This document shows positions 22,816 to 33,299 of a stretch of 64,000 nt of DNA, piece after piece (position 1 is the first letter of the stretch; every line of letters begins with the position of its first letter). The DNA comes from Lophium mytilinum. Taxonomy: Eukaryota. The notes beneath the pieces were generated by a model, which saw only the letters and a program-made list of their open reading frames with translations, ran no database searches and was not told where the DNA came from. Location of the stretch: NCBI GenBank assembly GCA_010093605.1, contig MU004187.1, forward strand, positions 2,036,882 through 2,100,881, in the 5' to 3' direction. The position numbers and the translations under genes were made by a program.

Positions 22816-24516
22816 CTAATCCATTTCTAACCTCCTTCGGCTAAGCAAAATGGTGGTATCACACGTCGCCCCATCAATGAAATCGTTCATTACAACAATC
22901 GTCCTCTCCGCCCTCAACCTATCCACCGCATTCTGTCGTATCCATGGCAGGAGTACCATATCATTACTTGCCTTTGTGCTCGTCAGACAACTCGTTGCGG
23001 CATTCGCCGACAACACACTGTAGACCAGCACCTCCTTGATACTCTGGCTCGTCGCCTGGCACTGCAGAATCGTGAGATCTGTGCTCTCCTGGCCCTCTGT
23101 CGTCATGCCCTCAAACCGCGCGAGGATCGGGTCCGGGACGAGTGTCGCATAGGCCTCCGCAGTCCAAGAGTCGTACTTCTCAGCCTCGTTGACGACGATA
23201 AGGCGGGTGCCATTTGCGCGGAGCGACTCAATGGGGCGGGAGAAGAGGGTGCGGTCGCCCCAGGTCAGCGGCGCATTTTGCGCTCTGCTGCACGCTTCGT
23301 TGAGGAGGTCTGTGATCTCTTGAGCCGTGGGTCGCCGGCATTGCTTCACGATGTTGTCGTAGCGGAGGTGCAGTGTTACGATCTCGGTGGGGTTGGCGTC
23401 GAGGAACGCGACTTGCTGCGCGAGGAAGTCGTCGAAGGCAATGCCGGGGATGCAGGCGTGCTGGAAGTAGAATTTGTTGGGCAGTTTGGAGAGGCGCTGG
23501 AAGGTGGGCAGGAGCTCGGCAGGGCGGAATTCGAAGTAGCGCGCGCCGAGGGCGAGCATGACGGATATCTCCTTTTTCTGGGTGATGGCGGTGCCGTAGA
23601 CGATTTCGGGGAGGTGCTCGAGGATGAAGGCGTCCGAGATGTGGGAGAGCCATTCTACTTGCGGGATTATCTCGCGCAGTTGGCTGATCATGTCCATGTT
23701 GGCTGAGGAGAAGATGGCGTCGCAGGTGGTCATGCTGTTCATGCCGTTGTCGTGGGGCGCAGCGAGAACGAAGCGTGAGAAAGGCTTCTGGGCCTGTGGA
23801 GAGCCTGCGGGCGCAAGTGTGCCCATCCAGTATCTGTTCGCTGTTGAGCATACTGTGACATAGCATTGATCTCGGTTTGTGAGACCGATGTGGCCGTGGC
23901 CGGCGTCGTAGAAGCAATATGTGATGATCACTTCGTCCGTCATGATGGGCGAGAAGTGTTGGGTCGACATCTGAGTCTCATGTTAGTCCTACAGAACCGC
24001 ACCATGCGCATGAAGGTCTCTGACCATGGTGCCCCCTTCTAGGTTGCCCGTGAATGTATTGATGTCATTGTACGCGCTCCCAACGACTTCACCATCGCGT
24101 ACAACTTTCCATTCAAAGCGGCCTGTGAAATTGAGGTGGCCCGGGACTTCAGACAGAAGTCGATATATTAGCGCATTTCCGAAAAGAGAGTGAGGTTGAA
24201 ACAGACACGAATTGCAATGAGGTCAGTTTTCGTCAACTGCCACGCAAAACATGTTCAAGACACCTCGCGGACTAGACCAGCTATCAAAAGGAACTACAAT
24301 GGTTGCTCGAACTTGAAATCTTCAGGTACAACAACACTAGAGGACTCTGGTATGTGTAACAGGAGCTTACGTACTATTGTGAGATTCAACTTCGAGATGT
24401 GTACTTGTAAAGTTGTTGTTAATAGTGTGCGTAACGGCTTGCGCCGGAACGGTATACTCGATGGAGTATCCTGGAACCGAGATGTAGGAGTACACTTGAA
24501 CGCCTTTGCTTGGCAT
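22816..24516 (-). CDS. PI-PLC-like (X-domain TIM-barrel) phosphodiesterase; introns 24147-24374 and 23971-24024
   Basis: Spliced MPSKGVQVYSYISVPGYSIEY...HN/IPGHLNFTGRFEW...LEGGTM/MSTQHF...FVLAAPHDNGMN...ITQK...LALGARYFEFRP...FQH...EIVTLHLRYD, matching the PLC-X catalytic motif pattern. Confidence 0.88.
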
Positions 24517-25204
24517 GGTGAATGTTTTCGGGTTGGTGTAAGATAGATAGAATAGGCGTAGAGTCGAAATAAGGTTCTACGCCTCGGCATCATTCGGGGA
24601 CGCATCTCCTCCCCTCCGTGGACTACAACACCATCTAAGACCTAGCGCCATCACAAGTCTGGTACGAGCAAAGCCGTCTTGAGGCTGACTTCTCCATTAG
24701 CCAAAACAACGACCGCAGAACCGCAATAATAACGTTGAGAACACACGTCGTTGGTGCCGGAGCGGAACAAGAACCCGGGACCCCGACGCCGCCTAGACGA
24801 CGCCGTCGAGGTATATACACTTAATGACTAATCGTTTTCCTCGTATATCTCGATTCCCTATCTAATAAACCTTGCTTGAAATCTGCACATCACTTCTAAC
24901 TTTTCCGCATCTGTTTCGTCATTCGTGACCTGTAAGCCATTCACACATATGCCCCTGCACACTGCAGCTATGCACGCTAGACCATGATTCAAGCGGCTCA
25001 AGGCCGTCTTGCACCCTCAAGCTATCATCGCCCGGCGAACGACTGTCTGTAGTGAAGCGGGGTATATAGAGCGGGTCCGACCTCGGGAGGTTGAGGAGTA
25101 TACAAAAGCTGCTGTGCCACACAACTACACACCACAGAGCGTCCCATTGCTACACGCACGCACCGTCATATTACAACGTATCTTGAGACCCAATTGCCGC
25201 GAAC

Positions 25205-25680
25205 ATGATTTCCGTACTCGGTTACTTCGTCCCAAAAGACGGCAAGAAAGACTACGTAAGGCGGATCACCCCGGACATGCAGAGACATCCACATTCGTAC
25301 AAAAGAGACTCAGCTGCATGGGCCATTTTCACAGTACAACGGGCTAATTCTTATCGCCAGCTTCAAGAACAACTGCATGCGTTAGTTCCGCTCGTCAAAG
25401 AGAATGAGCCTGACTGTGTTATGTTCGAGGTTCTTTACGACGACGACCTAGAGCAATTCGTCATACACAGCATGTAGGCTCTTGACCCGGCTCTCGCGAG
25501 CTTCTATGACTTTCAACTTGTACTGATATTTCTTTGCAAAGGTTCAAGGACCGAACAGCCCTCAATTTCCACCTCAAGCAGCCATATCTTGTTGCTGCGC
25601 AAACTGGAGTTCTTTCAGAGGCCTTTGAGAATATGGATTTGAGAATACACGAGCGAATTGACGGCTTCACGAGGAAATGA
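25205..25680 (+). CDS. small ABM-like (antibiotic biosynthesis monooxygenase / dimeric alpha-beta barrel) protein, copy 1; introns 25256-25360 and 25474-25541
   Basis: Spliced MISVLGYFVPKDGKKDY/LQEQLHALVPLVKENEPDCVMFEV...FVIHS/MFKDRTALNFHLKQPYL...GFTRK*. Contains the ABM-like P.GK, EPGC-like and F.D..A...H...P motifs. Confidence 0.82.
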
Positions 25681-26595
25681 CTTGGTTCTCGGTTCTAGTC
25701 GGGATGGGGCGCCCGGCGTTTCTCGTCCATTACAACCCTCGAATCTTCGAGCTCTCATTCTCTTGTTTCCTTGCTTCTACATTATCGCGTAATGTCGACA
25801 CGCAGCCTTTCCCCGCCGCGAAGTGTGTTGATTCTCGAATTCCCGACCGATTTCCGATGGAATCAAAGTCATGATATCCTGGAGCCGAGACACGCCAGAA
25901 CCAGGGATCGGTTCTGTCCCCGGCTTTGTTCCCGGCGACCCTAGACAGGGGAAGTGCTGACGCAAAAGTTTTTCCTCATGCATGCATGTTGATGGTCAAG
26001 GGGACAACAACGGCAATGCTGCATGACTATGAGGTTGAGCACATGCTACCTTGCCATCGTTTTTTCCCTAGTTACTGCTCTCATCTACTCTAAAGAAGTA
26101 GAAGTAGCCTCGATTTCGAATACCTCTATACTCTGGTTCGCATCTATCATACTAAGATACCAACACGTACATACCTATTGGTACGAATGCCATGTACCGG
26201 GACCGTGAAAAATAGCTGCAGCATAGCGAAAAGCATGAACATGTTCCCTCCCCTCTATACGCGACGCGCAGGCCCTGTTCTAGTTCCGCCTCGGCTCCAC
26301 TAGCACAATGACTCGCAGGCGACAGACCCCACTCCCCAGATGCAGGGGAATCCGTTCAGCTGAATGACATGCGGAGAAACCGTCCGACTTCACAAACTTC
26401 GCTCGCAGTCAGCTTAAAAAGAGTCTACTACAAGAAATAAACGGTAATCTGTGTCTCGAGATTCGTTTTTTATGTTGTGATCGACCCGACCTCCAAGCTA
26501 GAGCGACATCGACCAAGCTTCAATAGAACGGTCAGGGCGCAAGACGACGCGTCCTTCCCGCCACCCCACCATAATCGATCACCGCCAAAACCAAA

Positions 26596-27024
26596 ATGTC
26601 GAAAGCGGTTCAATTGGTCACGACGCTGACGCCGGTGGACGGGAAGAAAGACGATGTGGGTTTGACAAGACTTGATCAACACCGCATAGTGTCGAAACTT
26701 ACCATGTTCGGCAGGTCCTAAAGATCATCACGGACATGGCGGTGGAAGTCGAAGCAGAGGAGGTTGGGTGCCTTGGTGTGGATGTAATGTGGCACGACGA
26801 CACTGATTCGTTCATCCTCGTCGAAAGGTAAACAACTCCAAGTCGTTGCTGCTCTGCTTACGATTAATTGTGTATTGTGTAGATTTAGGGATCAGGCAGC
26901 GTTTGAGTTCCATTTCAAGCAGCCGTATGTGGTAGCGTTCAAGAGCAGTCCGGTGGCGCTTACTTGCCTCGAGGCTATGGATGTTAAAATCTGTTCTGTA
27001 GTTGCGGGTACTTTCAGTAGATAA
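26596..27024 (+). CDS. small ABM-like protein, copy 2 (absent from the ORF track); introns 26656-26714 and 26828-26882
   Basis: Spliced MSKAVQLVTTLTPVDGKKDD/VLKIITDMAVEVEAEEVGCLGVDVMWHDDTDSFILVE/RFRDQAAFEFHFKQPYVVAFKSS...GTFSR*. Intron positions and phases match copy 1. Confidence 0.82.
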
Positions 27025-27159
27025 AATGGCTTTTTGTTCTTAAAGATTTTCTGCTCATGTTTCCTGCCGTTTCGGGTTTTCTCGTAGTCACTTCATCTTG
27101 ATCCTTCAGGGCTGAGGTGCTCTTTTTTCGAACATTTCTTTATGCTAATGTAAACGACC

Positions 27160-28070
27160 ATACTAGGGAAATTAGACACTGGAATTAGAAATTACGCACT
27201 CAATATTCGCCTTAAAAGACTATGGTAAAACTTGCACGGCTTCTTCGCGCAGCACGTGACCTACGTAATTTAGCCTAAGTAGATTTAGGCTTATATTGAA
27301 TGAATTTATAACTTTAAAATAAGGCCAGTGCTACGTGTACGACCCCTTTTTACTACCTGCACGATGTCTTTTTGCTACACGTACGACCTGCCCCCCTAAT
27401 AGCCCTTTTACTACATTTTGATTGGCTCGGAGGGCTTAAAGGAAGGTCCGGCTATCTACTTAAATACCTATTCGCACGTGTAACCTTCCGTTTTATCTAG
27501 AGACATTCTATTTTATATAGTTATAAGTATACTTATTAAAATCTTAACTAGTAAGCCGCCTTATAATGCTGCGGCTGTCAACTGCGCTACAAGAGTCCTT
27601 GGCGGTCTTAATACTATCGCGGTAAGCTTTAGGAGGCGGGTGTAGGTTGCAAGCGGTTCCTCTATAGTTATAGAGGTTAAGGTGTAGGCATAGGTAATTA
27701 AGTTTAATTCTAATACGCATTTAGAATCTATCTATGCTCCGGACTAGTTGGCCTAATAGGTAAGCTAATTAAAACGCAGTAAAAGGGGAGTTTGTATATG
27801 TAGCAAAAAGATATCGTGCAGGTAGTAAAAAGGGGTCGTACACGTAGCACTGGCCTAAAATAAACGTGTTCGCAAGAGTATAGATTTACTAGAGAATTAT
27901 ACTAGAGAACTTTACTAGAGATTAATAATATATTAAGATAAATAAATAAAAGTAAAGAGTATAATTTTTAAAAGAGCCCTAGCCCTCTAATTACTTAAGT
28001 ATAAAAATTATAATAAATAGAAGAATATATATATAACCTTTCTTTGTATTATTTAGAGGCTGTTAATAGT
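27160..28070. other. AT/TpA-rich island, probably RIP-degraded transposon remnant(s)
   Basis: Abrupt drop in GC, abundant TA/TAG/TAA, no ORFs in the track between 26682 and 28069. Short direct repeats of TACTAGAGA at ~27887-27921. Confidence 0.75.
27323..27855. mobile_element. 533-bp non-autonomous TIR DNA transposon (MITE-like; hAT- or Mutator-type by TSD length)
   Basis: TIR GGCCAGTGCTACGTGTACGACCCCTTTTTACTACCTGCACGAT is perfect for 43 bp and reaches ~57 bp with one mismatch. Flanked on both sides by an exact 8-bp duplication TAAAATAA (27315-27322 and 27856-27863). Confidence 0.92.
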
Positions 28071-28347
28071 GCTCCCCGCGATTCTCATACAAATTTTAGT
28101 AAAGAACGCCGAGAAAAAAGCGCCAAGCGGTATCTGCTATTTTGAATTCGACAAATACTTACCCCACCCTTTGTGGCTTCTCCGACGCTTCATCGGCCGG
28201 ACCCTTGCGTGCCAAGGAGAACGTTGGACTTCGTTGCTTTTGACTAGAAGATTCATAATCAACCACCACCCGGCCTCGACTCCTCTTCTTTTACTCTGGC
28301 ATGTCCTCTCCCTCCAATGCCTCTCACGGCCTCCCAATCTAGCTTCT

Positions 28348-29762
28348 ATGGCACTATTGCCTCCACTACGACCGGCTGCCTCACGGAGCGCAACGCGATG
28401 GCTATCCGGAGGTGGCAAATATAATCTCGAGCGCTCTCCCAGGGCGCTGTACTCGGTGCGAGGGATTGCGACCAATATTTCTGCCGCAGAGCCAGCTGTG
28501 CACTTCCCAGGGGCGTCAACTAGCATATCGACGCCGGAGCAACCTTCGTCGCAAGGATCGCGAAGAGAAGCTGTCAAGGCCGCGAAGCCCTTTTCGGATT
28601 TCTTGACCGATACGTTTAACAGACAGCATGACTACCTTCGCATCAGTATCACAGAGCGGTGCAATTTGCGCTGTCTGTATTGCATGCCCGAGGGTACGAT
28701 CATCATCATTTCCAACCAGTCCTTTCATCGCTAATCGATCTTCTATTTGCAGAAGGCGTCCCTCTCTCCCCGCAGTCCCACCTCCTTACAACGCCCGAGA
28801 TACACTACCTATCCTCTCTCTTCGTCAACCAAGGCGTGACAAAGATCCGGCTTACTGGCGGCGAGCCCACGGTCCGCCGCGACATCCTCCCGCTCATGCA
28901 ATCGATAGGCTCCCTGCGACCCCAGGGCCTTCGCGAGCTCGCCATAACTACGAACGGCATTTCGCTCCATCGAAAATTAGACGCGATGGTTGAGGCAGGT
29001 CTTACGGGTGTGAACCTTAGCTTGGACACACTCGATCCGTTCCAGTTCCAGATCATGACGCGGCGCAAAGGCTTCGATGCGGTCATGCGCAGCATTGATC
29101 GAATCTTGGAGATGAAGAATCTCGGTGCCAATTTGAAGCTCAAGATCAACTGCGTAGTCATGCGTGGGTTGAACGAGCGCGATATTGTGCCATTTGTGGA
29201 ACTCGGCCAAGAAAAGGACATCGAGGTGCGATTCATAGAATACATGCCTTTCGACGGAAATAAATGGAGCAAGGGGAAGATGATACCTTACCAGGAAATG
29301 CTGGATCTTATCCGCGTCAAGTATCCTGGGCTCAGACAGGTCAAGGGCCACAAGAATGATACGAGTAAGACTTGGGAGGTCCCGGGCTTCGTTGGAAAGA
29401 TTGGTTTCATTACCAGTATGACGCATAACTTCTGCGGGACCTGTAATAGGCTTCGGATTACAAGTGATGGCAATCTCAAAGTCTGCCTATTCGGGAACAC
29501 TGAGGTCTCATTGAGAGACCTACTACGACAAGATAACAACGGCGAGCCGATCGACGAAGAAGCCTTTGAGGCTATCAAGAAGAAGGAAATGGACCGGCGG
29601 CAGGGCTTATTTGGCGACGAAACCGCACTTGGTTGGGGCGAGCGCGAGCGAGAATTGCTGCACGTCATTGGTGCCGCTGTGAAGAGGAAGAAGGAAAAGC
29701 ACGCGGGCATGGGCGAGTTGGAGAATATGAAGAACAGGCCTATGATTTTAATTGGTGGGTAG
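28348..29762 (+). CDS. cnxABC: molybdenum cofactor biosynthesis GTP 3',8-cyclase (MoaA/MOCS1A isoform) with a mitochondrial-presequence-like N-terminus; intron 28694-28752
   Basis: [29 protein letters not shown] (radical SAM CX3CX2C), [29 protein letters not shown] (CX2CX13C) and terminal RPMILIGG*. Confidence 0.95.
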
Positions 29763-30030
29763 GTCGGTCTTTTTGCCATCATTTCATTTGTCTATATTTG
29801 TGTTGCGACAGTCCATGTAACGAAGTTATGGCAAAGCTTGCATCACACTAAAGGCTATGTTGGTCATGCTGTGTGGACATTTTGGGCGTTCTGTCTTATG
29901 GATCTAAGTTTGGATTCTTCGGCATCATATATACCTCGTATACCTACGCTCTCTTCCCTGTTTCCACCATCAAACACTTCATGTCCTATCATCGGCTGCC
30001 TCGTGTGTCATGACTAACTCGTGAGTATAG

Positions 30031-33000
30031 ATGAATCGAGCCAAAGTTCGCCATTGTCTTCTGCCACTACCCCGTCCAGCCATTCAACTCGTCTTTTATC
30101 CCCGAACTCGCTTGTACGGTCCTGGAGCTCAATACCCCCGCAGCTGTTTGCGGTACAACACCAAATGCAGTCCCCGTTTAGAACAAGCATTCGAACTTAC
30201 AGAACTGCCTATCGGACTCGACTCGTGAGGAAGAGGAAAGACGCCGATGATTCCAAGTCGCCAGAAAGCTCCTTTCGCACCTATCTTCCCTCCAACCACA
30301 TCAAAAAGTACATTGGTGGCAGAAGTCCAATTTCCAGGGGCCCAGGTAGGAAGAAGCCAGGCTACAGGCCGCGTCTTCCAGTCCTGCCAGCGAAACGCAT
30401 CACTAGTCGGGCTCGGAAATCGAGATCTTTACAACTAAGTCGCTCGGCGATGCGCAGGATATTCAGGAAACGGATGCACTACAGGTCGTGGGTGGCGTTC
30501 GCAAAGATCTGGTCCGAACGCCGAAAAATGTTCAAAGCTCAATCGATAGGAGAGTCGCTCGGCTCACAACCTCCCTACCTCACTAAGATCATTCGTCCTT
30601 CTCCCCCTCCCCTCCCTAGCAAGACCTATCGCACCAAGATCATTCGTCCATCTCTAGACCGGATAGAAGAAGACTTGTTGTTGAGCCGTTACAAGATTGA
30701 TTCCAAAGCTAGAACTGAAGAGCTTGAGCAAAAGTTGTGGGAGCTTGAGAATAGATTCAATGCGATTCGGAATCCCTGTAAGAATGAGAGAATCCTCGCG
30801 ACGCAAAGTCGCGGGGCACGGTGGGATGATGTTCTTGCATTCGCTCTTAAGCTGGCGAAAACGGAAGACTCATTGGCACAGGCGCTTTCACAGACGCGGA
30901 ACGAATCACAGGCTCAGACCTCGTCTATGCAGACGCCGCGATTCGAAGGATCAGAAGATTTGGCAGATATCGTTCGTAAACTCATCAAGGCCAAGCGAAA
31001 GGCGAGGGTGGAAGAGGACGGCTCAAATATGCAACCGCGGTTAGAGGAAGATACGACGGACGCAGGCGGGAAAGAGACTACCACCAGGCGTAACTTCGAC
31101 ACAATGATGTTACGATTTACCGCCTCGGGACCGCCTGTACTAATCCCCACGGAAGAGTTGATCAGACGTTACGATGCGTGGGTAGCCAACCAGTCGATAT
31201 CAGAAACCCCCATCAGCATACGCACTCCATTCCTTTCATCGGAGTCACCCCCGAGTCTGCCCACGGGTGAGCTGTTCCAACGCTATCGTGTTATTCTTCA
31301 CATAAGGCACCTGGTCCTGAAGTTGAAAGAGCTCAACCGTCGGCTGAAATGCCTGAACCCTGAGGCCCTGACAGTGGAAGAGCCTCAGCAAAGAACTAAG
31401 GCAAAATTACGCATGGCTGTTTTGAAGGTGGCGCGGAGGTTAGCGTATGCGGAAGGGGCACAGACAGTAGATCCGCAGGGTCTTTACCACCTGCAATCTG
31501 GACGGAATCAGAAGCGGGATGTCATGCCCCGCCAGAGAAGGATCTCGCTGGCCTCGGTCTCGCCTTTGGCTTTGGCTGATTATGCGAAGAAAAATCTGAG
31601 AGCGACCCGTTCCGAAGTGTACCGGCCAACAGTAGGATCCCGTGCCCGCATTATCTCCAGGGTGGAAGATACAGAGGGAAATGGGATTTCTAGGCCAGTA
31701 ACTATAAACATGGAACAATTACCTAAATCGCGAAGGATTGATGTGCAAGCCGATGGGATAGAGAAGATCGAAACAAGTCCTGTTACAAAGTCGCTACAAA
31801 CACTAAAGCCGAAACTAAAAAGGTTGCAAGTAAGAGGGATGCAAGTGGTTTCGCCACTTGTTGAAGAGCCGGGTGCGAAAACCAGGGCCGACATACCGTC
31901 TGATGACATAGGCGCTGGCGATAAGAATAGCTGGTCACTACAAGTTGGAGGTCCCGCGAAAGTCGCAGGTCAAGTTGGCATAGAAGAAACACGGTCAGCC
32001 AAGATCACGGTACCTCTAACAGCACGCTTTGATCGCGCTCTCGCAGAAGGGGCAAAACTCATAGGTACAACTTTGAAATTAAAGCTGCCAAAGGCTCGGT
32101 TTGATCCCCCTTCCAAGGAGTCGGTTGGGTCGATTCAGTTGCGACTGACAGGCGTGTCGAAGAGGGCGGAGCGGCGGGCGGGGCTGCGGGCAAAGCAGCG
32201 AGCGGAGAAAGAAGAAGACACGAGACTGAAGGGGCAATCTGGGTCGGAGCTAAGTGAGGAGCAGAAGCCTTTCCCTGGAGCGAAAAGGGTTCCGCTGCAC
32301 TGGTTGTCACCCGATGCAGACAGTAACGCCAATACTGAGACATCGAATACAGCCGAGCGGAATTGGAAGAAGCTTGCAGCCGAGCAGGAGCTGAGGGAGA
32401 AGACGCTTGCACTCGAACAAGAACAAGTGAAATCGGAGCAGCAGGTATTACAGAGCACAACAGTAAGGAGTGATTCAAACGTAGCCGCTCCTGGAGCGTT
32501 GAAGAAGTCGCCGTCTGTCCAGATAAGGTATCATGTTCATACGGCAGCACTCCCATTTACGCCCTCAAATAGCTTCGAAATACGGAACACGAAGCGAGCT
32601 ACGCCCACGTCCACGCTGCAATCTCCTCGTCTGGTTTTGGGTGGTCCACGCTTGCAGCCTCTCGCCCTCGCTCCTCGGACAAAGAGATACTCAACCCTGC
32701 GTCCCAAACCTGAAGCAGATCAACCTCGAGATACAAAACAGGAACCAGCATTTTCGGAATCAGTCACGCCCTCCCACCTCCCCCACCTTACCCCTTCCGG
32801 CTCTGCCCACATGGTCTCCATCACAGCCAAGTCCGCCACTGCCCGCACCGCTATCGCTGTCGGCCGCGTCCGCTTCTCAAACCCCGCGCCCCTTCCGCTC
32901 ATCAAGTCCAACGCGCTGAAAAAGGGCGATGTGCTCGGCGTAGCGCGCGTCGCGGGCATCATGGCGAGCAAGAAGTGCCCGGAGATCATACCGCTCTGCC

Positions 33001-33299
33001 ACCCAATCCTACTCAGCCACGTCGGGGTCGAGCTCGCTCTTGTGGACAGCGGGGATGAAGGAACCGACCACGGTGCTGTCGAGATCGAAGCGAAGGTGCA
33101 GTGTACTGGCGCTACAGGCGTTGAGATGGAAGCGCTGACAGCGGTGATGGGCGCGGCGCTGACAGTTGTGGACATGTGCAAGGCGGTTGATAAGGGTATG
33201 GTGGTTGAGGGGGTTACGGTGGTGTTGAAGGAGGGCGGCAGGTCCGGGACGTGGAGAAAGGACGGGTGGGTCAGTCGATTTGACCAACTAGAAATCTAG
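30031..33299 (+). CDS. cnxABC: downstream exon of the MOCS1AB-type fusion: ~900-aa basic linker then cPMP synthase MoaC/MOCS1B (~32780-33299); joined via predicted intron 29755-30030
   Basis: MoaC motifs LPHL...AHMVSI..K..TARTA, KKGDVLGVARVAGIMASKK...IIPLCHP, TGVEMEALTAV, VDMCKAVDK, KEGGRSG. Phase-1 donor GTGGGT at 29755 matches a CTAAC...TAG acceptor at 30030. Confidence 0.88.

Noticed and set aside
30031..30228. ATG immediately after the MOCS1 acceptor, opening a 65-aa ORF
   Set aside because: Out of frame with MoaC and likely a by-product of the AG|AT-G junction; no independent support.
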